Source: Candidatus Methylomirabilota bacterium
GTDB taxonomy: Bacteria > Methylomirabilota > Methylomirabilia > Rokubacteriales > CSP1-6
Reading direction: 5' to 3'
Assembly (NCBI GenBank): GCA_046726415.1
Contig: JBKPAK010000002.1
Coordinates: forward strand, 1 to 24,068
DNA: 24,068 bases
Below are positions 17,194 through 24,068 of this stretch, piece after piece. Each line of letters begins with the position of its first letter. The stretch's first letter is position 1. A program made the position numbers and the translations under genes. Under the pieces are notes generated by a model. That model ran no database searches, was not told the origin of the DNA, and saw only the letters and a list, made by a program, of their open reading frames with translations.

Positions 17194-18146
17194 TCCACAC
17201 CCCTCCGGCGGAGCAACCGCAGCTGGATCAAGGTCAGGGCGAAGGCAAAGGCGAAAAGCACCATCGAGGCGGCGGCGGCCTCCCCCATCCGGTGGTAGGC
17301 GAACGCCGTGTCGTAGATGAAGTAGGGGAGCACTCTGGTGGTCCCGTTGGGGCCGCCCTCCGTCATCACCAGGGGGTTGAGGAAGACCTTCATGGCGGAG
17401 AGCAGCGACATGATCATGACGAAGAGGATGGTGGGCATGAGGAGCGGGATGGTGACGTGGATGAAGCTCTTCCACGGCCCGGCTCCGTCCACGGTCGCAG
17501 CCTCGTGATACTCCTTCGGGATGGATTGCAGCCCCGCCAGGTAGATGACGCCGAAGAGCGGGATGCCCCGCCAGATGCCGATGAGGATGAGGGCGGGTAG
17601 GGCCGTCTCCTCGGTGGCGAGCCAGTTGGTGCGCCCGACCCCTACGGAGCCGAGGAGGGTGTTCACCACGCCGAGGGGGTTGTACATGAACTTCCACACC
17701 AGGGCGACCACGATCTGGGACATGGCAATGGGGAAGAAGTAAGCCAGGCGGATCAGCGACCGCCCCTTCATCTGGCGGTTGAGGAGCAGGGCCAGTCCCA
17801 TCGCGAGGAACCACTCTGGGATCGAGACCCCGAACATGTACTTAACCGAGACCCAGAACGACTGGTGGAAGAGGGGGTTCCCCCAGACGGCCCGGTAGTT
17901 CTCCAGCCCGTGGAAGACCGGCGGGCTCATGAGGTCGTACTGGTAAAAGCTCAGCCGGAACGCCTCGAACATGGGGTAGAACTTGAAGGTGATCAGGTGC
18001 AGGAGCGCCGGCAGCACGAACAAGAAGCCCGCCCAGCAGAGGCGGGTCTGGAGGGAAAGCTTCCTCCAGCCCGCCGCCTGCAGGAGCGATTCCAGGAACC
18101 TCGGCCAGGGCTGAGCCCGGGCGGGCGCAGCCTGCTCTTCCGCCAT
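17190..18146 (-). CDS. Carbohydrate-type ABC transporter permease (MalF/UgpA-like)
   Basis: GLENY, YLAGLQSIPKEYHEAATVDGA, MTEGGP. Confidence 0.92.
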   Translation of the reverse strand: MAEEQAAPARAQPWPRFLESLLQAAGWRKLSLQTRLCWAGFLFVLPALLHLITFKFYPMFEAFRLSFYQYDLMSPPVFHGLENYRAVWGNPLFHQSFWVSVKYMFGVSIPEWFLAMGLALLLNRQMKGRSLIRLAYFFPIAMSQIVVALVWKFMYNPLGVVNTLLGSVGVGRTNWLATEETALPALILIGIWRGIPLFGVIYLAGLQSIPKEYHEAATVDGAGPWKSFIHVTIPLLMPTILFVMIMSLLSAMKVFLNPLVMTEGGPNGTTRVLPYFIYDTAFAYHRMGEAAAASMVLFAFAFALTLIQLRLLRRRGVE

Positions 18147-18160
18147 GCCGGACGACCCGC

Positions 18161-19447
18161 CTACTGCTTAGCCAGGGCCGCGTCGATCTCCCGGCAGGCC
18201 TGGTCGAGGGAGGCCTTCGGGTCCTCGTTCTTCAGCACCACCCTCTCCATCGCCCGGTGCATGGCGTCGCTGATCTCGATGAAGTAGGGCGTGCGGGTGA
18301 CGTAGTTGCCCGTCGAGATGTCGTTGATGAACACATCGAGGTAACGGGTCTTCCTGGCCTCGTCCATCCCGGGCAGCTCCAGGAAATTCGCGCTCGGGTA
18401 GGGATAGGAGGTCTTCTCGTACCACTCCGTCGGGTTCTTGATGATGTGGCGGATCAAATCGTGCACCGCCTTCTGCTTCGCCTCGGGAATCTGGGGGTTC
18501 ACCGCGAGGGCGAAGCCGTAGACCACGCCGACGGGCTTCTGGGGGTTCACCTGTGGGAAGGGAACCACCTTGACGTCCTCCATCACCTTGGGGCCGAACT
18601 GCGCCACGCTGCCGGCGTGGGTGATGAACATCGAGACGCGGCCCTTGGGCAGGTCATCGGCGGGCAGCGCGTTCGTGCCGACACTCACCGTCGGGTCGGA
18701 GATCTTGTACTTGTGGACATACATGGACCGCACCTGCATGGCCTTCACGCCCGCTTCGCTGTTCGCCATGCACTTCCGCCCCGAGCGGTCCAGGATGCTC
18801 CCGCCGTACTGCCGGATGAGGCCTTCCATGTACCACATGGTCCAGGCCGAGGAGTGCATCGAGAAGTCGAAGGCCTCGCGCACCATCGTGTTGCCCTGCA
18901 TCCGCACCAGCTTCTGGCCCACCCGGCCGATGTCCTCCCAGGTGCGGGGGTAGTCCTTGTCGGGGTCCAGGCCCGCCTCCTGGAAGTGCTTCTTGTTGAG
19001 GTAGAGGCTGAACGTGGAGGAGATCACGGGCACGGCGTAGAGCTTGCCCTCGTGGATGTAGCCCTCCAGGGCTCCCGGTAGATAGGTCTTCTTCATGTCC
19101 TCGAGGTTCTTGAAGCCCAGCCACTCGGGCCGGATGGGCGCCAGGACGTCCTTCGTGGTGAAGCTGGGGAGCAGGGTGTCGATCACCGTGAACATGTCGG
19201 CAGCAGACTTCGTGGAGAGCGCGGCGGACAGCTTCTTGAAGTAGGGAGTCATCGCGAAGACCTCGTACTGGACCTGCATGGTCGGATTCTTCTTGTTCCA
19301 ATCGGCCACCAGCTCCTTCGAGTAGTTGTTGTGGGGCGGGTTGCTGTGCTCCCACCAAGTGATGTTCACCTGCTGGGCGGCCGCCGGCCCACCCAAGAGC
19401 ACCGCAGTCAGGCCGAGCGATAGACACGCCATGAGGAACCGCCGCAT
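18161..19447 (-). CDS. ABC transporter extracellular solute-binding protein (family 1)
   Basis: Signal peptide MRRFL...PAAA|QQ, GKLYAVP, LYLNKKHFQEAGLDP..PRTWED; GGAGG RBS. Confidence 0.92.
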   Translation of the reverse strand: MRRFLMACLSLGLTAVLLGGPAAAQQVNITWWEHSNPPHNNYSKELVADWNKKNPTMQVQYEVFAMTPYFKKLSAALSTKSAADMFTVIDTLLPSFTTKDVLAPIRPEWLGFKNLEDMKKTYLPGALEGYIHEGKLYAVPVISSTFSLYLNKKHFQEAGLDPDKDYPRTWEDIGRVGQKLVRMQGNTMVREAFDFSMHSSAWTMWYMEGLIRQYGGSILDRSGRKCMANSEAGVKAMQVRSMYVHKYKISDPTVSVGTNALPADDLPKGRVSMFITHAGSVAQFGPKVMEDVKVVPFPQVNPQKPVGVVYGFALAVNPQIPEAKQKAVHDLIRHIIKNPTEWYEKTSYPYPSANFLELPGMDEARKTRYLDVFINDISTGNYVTRTPYFIEISDAMHRAMERVVLKNEDPKASLDQACREIDAALAKQ

Positions 19448-19685
19448 GGTTCTGCCTCCTTCTTCACCTGTGTTCATCGCGGGCCGGTCCGCGGCGCATG
19501 GGGCGCGGGCCGAAGGAAGGCGCCGCGCCGGGAAGGGATCAGCCCGTCAGGAAACCCTCGACCCCATCCGCGGCACTCCGGACTAAATGAAAAACTCCGC
19601 TGGATTATCGCGGGTTCGGGGTGTCCGGACCGGCGCCCAAGTTCCGGGATGGGTGTCCTTCCTTCCATGGTCGGGGCCCCGCGCC

Positions 19686-21108
19686 CTAGACGCAGCGCGG
19701 GCGCCTGGTGCGAATCTCGGGCGTGGCCTCCTCGTAGGCGTGGGCGGCGGCGAGGACGCGCGCCTCGCTCCACTCCGGCCCGACGATCTGGAGGGAGAGC
19801 GGAAGCCCCTCCTGGTCGAAGCCCATCGGCAGTGAGACGGCCGGGCAGCCGGTCAGGTTGTGGGGGCTCTGGAAGGACCGATGGATCCACACCCCGTCGT
19901 ACTCCTTGCCGTTAACCCGCGCCTTGAGGGTGGCGATGGGCGGGGCCGTGCACGGCATGGAGGGGAGCAAGAAGGCGTCGGCTCCCCGGTAGAACGCGGC
20001 CACCTCGCGGCGCAGCAGCTCCCGCTCGCGCAGGCCGCGTACGTACTGGTCCGAAGTGATCTTGAACGACCACGCCAGGCGCTCCCGCACATCCGCCCCG
20101 TAGCCCTCGGGGTTCTTCTCGAAGAAGGGTCGGTGGAACTCCGCGTACTCCGGCCCTGCGACCGCGCGGAACAACTCGGTGAACCGGGCCCCGTGGGCGA
20201 AGGGCACCGTCTCCACCTTTGCGCCTAGGTCCCGGAAGACCCGGACCGCTTCCTCAAAAGCGCGCTCCACCTCGGCGTCTACCTCGGCGTTCGCGTAGAA
20301 GTCGGGGCAGAGGACGAGCCGGAGCCCCCGCACTCCCCGCTCCCAGTTCGCCGTGTAGTCAGGCACGGGGACGTCCCGGGAGGTGCAATCCCTCGGATCG
20401 TAGCCCGCCAGGGCCTGGAGCACCAGGCCCGCGTCCTGCGCCGTGCGGGTCATCGGGCCCAGGTGGTCGAGGGTCAGGACGTTCGGGCACACCCCCGTGA
20501 GGCTCACCCGGCCGTGGGTGGGCTTGAGCCCTACGATCCCGCACAAAGCAGCGGGGTTGCGGATGGAGCCCCCCAGTGTCCGAGCCCAGGGCGAAGGGGC
20601 AGAGCCCCGCCGCCACAGCGGCGGCCGAGCCCCCGCTCGAGCCCCCGGTGACGCGGTCGAGCTTCCAGGGATTTCGCGCGGTCCCATAGTGGGGGTTGAC
20701 GGTGGTGGAGGCCGAGGCGAACTCGTGGGTGAGGGTCTTGCCCAGCAAGATGGCTCCCGCCTGCCGGAGGCGGACGATACAATCCGCATCCTCAGCGGGG
20801 ACGTGATCGCGGAAGAAGCTCGAGCCGTAGGTGGTCCGGACCCCGGCCGTCTCGATGATGTCCTTCGCCCCGTAGGGAACCCCGTGGAGCGGCCCCCGCC
20901 AGCGCCCGGAAGTAATCTCGGCCTCGGCCAGCCGGGCCTCCTCGAGGGCGCGGTCCCCTGTCAGAGTTAAGAAGGCCGAGAGCCCAGGGTTCAGGGCCTC
21001 GATCTTGCGCAGGTGGGCCTCCACCACCTCGACAGGGGAGACTTCCCGCCGCCGGATGCGCCCCGCGAGATCGTGAACGCTGAGATAGCACAGATCGCCG
21101 TCGCCCAT
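19686..21108 (-). pseudogene. Amidase signature family enzyme (GatA-like), +1 frameshift in a G6 run (may be a sequencing error)
   Basis: PLHGVPYGAKD, GGSSGGSAAAV, GSDTG|GSIRNPAALCG.VGLKPT, GLPLSLQIVG; 6 G (plus-strand C 20569-20574) where 5 keep frame. Confidence 0.9.
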
Positions 21109-21357
21109 CGTCCCCCCTTTCGGCGAGCCGCCTCCCGCCACCTGCGAGACCGCGGCCGCCCGCGGCAGGGCGGTGATCTCGGCGTTGACGGGCGGTCGGC
21201 TCATCATGGATCGACCGGAGAACTTGGTCCAGTGCTCGCGGCGCGGCCGCGGAATCTGATAAGGTCAACCTCCCTGGGCCTTCCGCGGCGTGACGCGGCT
21301 TCGGGCTGGAGCGAGCCGTGATCGAGGAGGCCGTGTGGGACCGAAGCTGGGAACGGG

Positions 21358-22104
21358 ATGAATCGGCTGGCCGGGAAGGTGGCCATCGTCACCGGCGGCA
21401 ACACGGGTATCGGTCGCGCGGTCGCCCTCGGCTACGCCGCCGAGGGCGCCGACGTGGCGGTGGCGTGGATCGCGCAGGAGCCGGAAGCCCACTCGCTGGT
21501 CCAGGCGATCGAGAAAATGGGCCGCCGAGCGCTCGCGGTCCGCACCGATGTCAGCAGCGAAGCCGACGTCAGGGCGATGGTTGGGGCGGTACAGGACAGG
21601 TTCGGCCGGATCGACATCCTGGTCAACAATGCTGGCATTCAAAGGGCTCAGGCCATCACCGAGATGACGGTGGATGATTGGGAGCGGATGATGGCCGTTC
21701 ATATGCGGGGCGCCTTTCTTTGTTGTCGGGAGGTCGCGAGGGTGATGATCGCCCAGAGGAGCGGCCGCATCATCCTCCTGACTTCTCAGCTCGCCTACAT
21801 CGGCCGGCCGCGCTATACGGCCTACTCGGCGGCCAAGGGCGGCCTGCTGACGTTTACCCGCGCGCTGGCCCAGGAGCTGGCCCCGCACGGTATCCTGGTG
21901 AACTCCGTCGCCCCGGGGCTGATCGACACCGGCTTCGACCCCTTGCCCGAGGAAGCCAAGCGCGCTCATGCGGCATCGCTGCCGCTCACACGCCTGGGAA
22001 CGACCGACGACCTGGTCGGCGCCTTCGTCTTCCTCGCCGCCGACGAGAGCCGCTACTTCTGCGGTCAGACGCTCCACCCCAACGGGGGCGAGATCATGCC
22101 TTGA
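21358..22104 (+). CDS. SDR family oxidoreductase (FabG-like)
   Basis: TGGNTGIG, NNAG, YSAAK, VAPG, GQTLHPNGG. Confidence 0.92.
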   Translation: MNRLAGKVAIVTGGNTGIGRAVALGYAAEGADVAVAWIAQEPEAHSLVQAIEKMGRRALAVRTDVSSEADVRAMVGAVQDRFGRIDILVNNAGIQRAQAITEMTVDDWERMMAVHMRGAFLCCREVARVMIAQRSGRIILLTSQLAYIGRPRYTAYSAAKGGLLTFTRALAQELAPHGILVNSVAPGLIDTGFDPLPEEAKRAHAASLPLTRLGTTDDLVGAFVFLAADESRYFCGQTLHPNGGEIMP

Positions 22105-22140
22105 ACCGGCCGCCGACGCCGGTACGAGGGACGGTTGCCG

Positions 22141-22859
22141 ATGAGAATTCTCGTGCTCAACCCCAACAGTTCCGATGCGGTGACTGGTGCGATCATGCAG
22201 TCGGCTCGGCGCGCAGCCGGGCCTGCCACCGAGCTGATCGGTGTCACCACCAAGGGAGGCACCCGCAACATCGACTCGGCGTTCGGCGACTACCTCTCCG
22301 GGGCGTTCGTGTGTTGCGCACCGGCCTGGAGGCTGTCGAGGTGCACAAGCCCGATGCCGTCGTGCTGGCAGGCTTCGGCCGCGTCGGCATCGACGCGCTC
22401 AAGGAGGCCATGGCTATCCCGGTGGTGTCGATCGCCGAGGCCTCGATGGCCATGGCCTGCCTGCTCGGCCATCGGTTCACGACGCTGACCATGCTGCAGC
22501 AGTTCATCCCGTATCAACAAGACCTGGTTCGCCTCTTCGGCTTCGAGGCCAAATGCGCCTCGGTGCGGGCCATTAACATCAACGTCGAGGAGTGCGTGAT
22601 CGAGCGCGAGCGGACGCTCGTGGAGCTGAAGGCTCAGATCCAGCGAGTCGTGGCTGAGGACCGGGCGGAGGTCGTCATTCTGGCCTGTGCCGGCCTGTGT
22701 GGGTACGACATGGAGCTGACCCGGCTCGCCGGCGTGCCCGTGCTCGACCCGGTGGCGGTGAGCGTGAAGGTGGCGGAGAGCTTGGTGGCGCTGGGCGTGA
22801 GTCACTCCAAGATCCGCAAGTTCGCCCATCCCCCCCAGCCGCTCGACCACTACCTTTGA
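22141..22859 (+). pseudogene. Asp/Glu/hydantoin racemase-fold protein, frameshifted near 22310
   Basis: MRILVLNPNSS, IPVVSIAEAS, AEVVILACAG, VPVLDP; frame shift at the GTGTGT run. Confidence 0.85.
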
Positions 22860-22915
22860 AAGAGGTGCGCTCCCATGGGCCTCGGACCCGTACCACACTG
22901 AACACAGGAGACGTC

Positions 22916-23488
22916 ATGGCAGCCAAGCGAATGATCGCGCCCGGCGGTAGGGCGGGACCCATCGTCGTCGTGCGTCTGGCCTATGGAGATCTGCTGCTCG
23001 AGTCGCTCGAGGAGATCTGCCGTCGCCTGAAGATCCGCAACGGTGTGATCCTCACCGGCTTCGGCAGCCTCACGGACTTCTCGGTGACGGGGGTGCGCGG
23101 ACCGGAGTTCCCACCGCGCCGCTTCTACAACCGGCGGACGCCGCGGGGGATCGAGATCATCGCCATGAGCGGGGTCATCGCAAACTATCACGTCCACTCG
23201 CACGTCGTCCTGTGCGACCCGACCCGAGCCTTCGGAGGACACCTCGAGCGCGGCTGCCGGGTGCTCTCGCTGGCCGAGATCGCCATCATGCGCGTGAACG
23301 GCGTCAGGCTGGCACGACGGCTCGACCCCGTTACTGGACAGACGCTGCTTCAGCGCATGGTAGGCCCCGAGCGCGACGGTGGACCCAACAAGGACGGAAG
23401 CCTGGTGACCGTCGAGCGGCGCCTGGCCCGTCGGAGCCGCCCCGATGTCGCGGGAGCCAGGTCCAGGCCCGCCCGCAGGACGCGCTGA
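22916..23488 (+). CDS. PPC/DUF296 domain protein
   Basis: RLAYGDLLLESL, GFGSL, EIIAMSG, HVHSH, GGHL; AGGAG RBS. Confidence 0.85.
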   Translation: MAAKRMIAPGGRAGPIVVVRLAYGDLLLESLEEICRRLKIRNGVILTGFGSLTDFSVTGVRGPEFPPRRFYNRRTPRGIEIIAMSGVIANYHVHSHVVLCDPTRAFGGHLERGCRVLSLAEIAIMRVNGVRLARRLDPVTGQTLLQRMVGPERDGGPNKDGSLVTVERRLARRSRPDVAGARSRPARRTR

Positions 23489-23491
23489 CGG

Positions 23492-23895
23492 CTACGGGAC
23501 GACCGTCCCTCCGCGCACACCGGCCCGCACCTCGGCCCGCGGGCGCATGCAGAGATCGACCGCGGCGCGGACGAACACCTGGACGCTCCGGGTGAGGTCG
23601 TCCACGTTCGCCTGCTCGCCCTCCTGCTGGTAGTAGCCGGAGCCGCCGCCCCGAGCTCGCCCTTGCGGTCCATAGCAGATCGCGGGAATGCCGGCGCGCG
23701 TGAGGGCGGCGGTGTCAGCGTGCCAGCCGTCCCAGGTCACTTCGGCGTCGCTCCCGTGAACGGCTGGTGGGCGGCGGCCAGCCCGCGGACCACCGGCTCG
23801 CCCGGCGAGACCTCGGCGCCGAGCGCGGTCTGGGCGATCGCCAGCTCGGTCGCGAGCTTCGGGTCCTTGGCCTGGACCTCGCGGAGCACGCCCCG
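23492..23895 (-). pseudogene. M20 metallopeptidase/deacylase C-terminal remnant
   Basis: EVSPGEPVVRGLAAAH, frameshift, then ADTAALTRAGIPAICYGP...EQANVDDL; N-terminal part replaced by a transposase scrap. Confidence 0.65.
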
Positions 23896-23902
23896 TAGCT
23901 CC

Positions 23903-24009
23903 CGAGGACGGCGAGTTGATGGCGCAGCGCCACGTTCTCGAGGGCGATGGCCGTCGACCCGAAGAGCAACGCACGGAGGAACGTCGAGAGAGACGAACAG
24001 TGGGATCAT
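23903..24009 (-). pseudogene. rve-type transposase N-terminal fragment
   Basis: MIPLFVSL / FLRALLFGSTAIALENVALRHQLAVL. Confidence 0.75.
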
Positions 24010-24068
24010 TGTGGCTCCCGGCCCAGCGGTCGCGTCGGTGCCTCGACTCTACGCGGCCTAGAGGGAGG

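Noticed and set aside
16360-17814. 484-aa permease as listed in the ORF track
   Set aside because: The N-terminal extension overlaps the upstream permease out of frame; the real start is the GTG at 17193.
1-24068. CRISPR array or intact tyrosine integrase
   Set aside because: No regularly spaced repeats and no tyrosine recombinase ORF were recognised.

Overview
High-GC mosaic window of transport and catabolic genes, heavily broken up by mobile-element debris. The style suggests a soil bacterium such as Rokubacteria/Methylomirabilota, but that is inference only. In order: (1) a peptide-type ABC transporter end (SBP plus 2 permeases, no ATPase); (2) an RHH antitoxin-like gene and a broken F420 nitroreductase; (3) a 7.5-kb segment between two identical 54-bp tRNA-Asn 3'-half (att-like) repeats, carrying a 2OG-Fe(II) oxygenase, an aromatic Rieske dioxygenase cluster (dihydrodiol dehydrogenase, two tandem alpha subunits, one beta) and a truncated IS110; (4) an FAD monooxygenase and an SDR pseudogene; (5) an IS1111-type (IS110 family) element with both ends present, whose bridge/seek RNA guides can be read from its 3' non-coding end and match its own insertion site inside another transposase; (6) a group II intron 3' end; (7) a sugar-type ABC transporter, a frameshifted amidase, an SDR, a frameshifted single-Cys racemase-fold protein, a PPC/DUF296 protein and an M20 peptidase remnant. 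No complete tRNA, rRNA or CRISPR array was seen.
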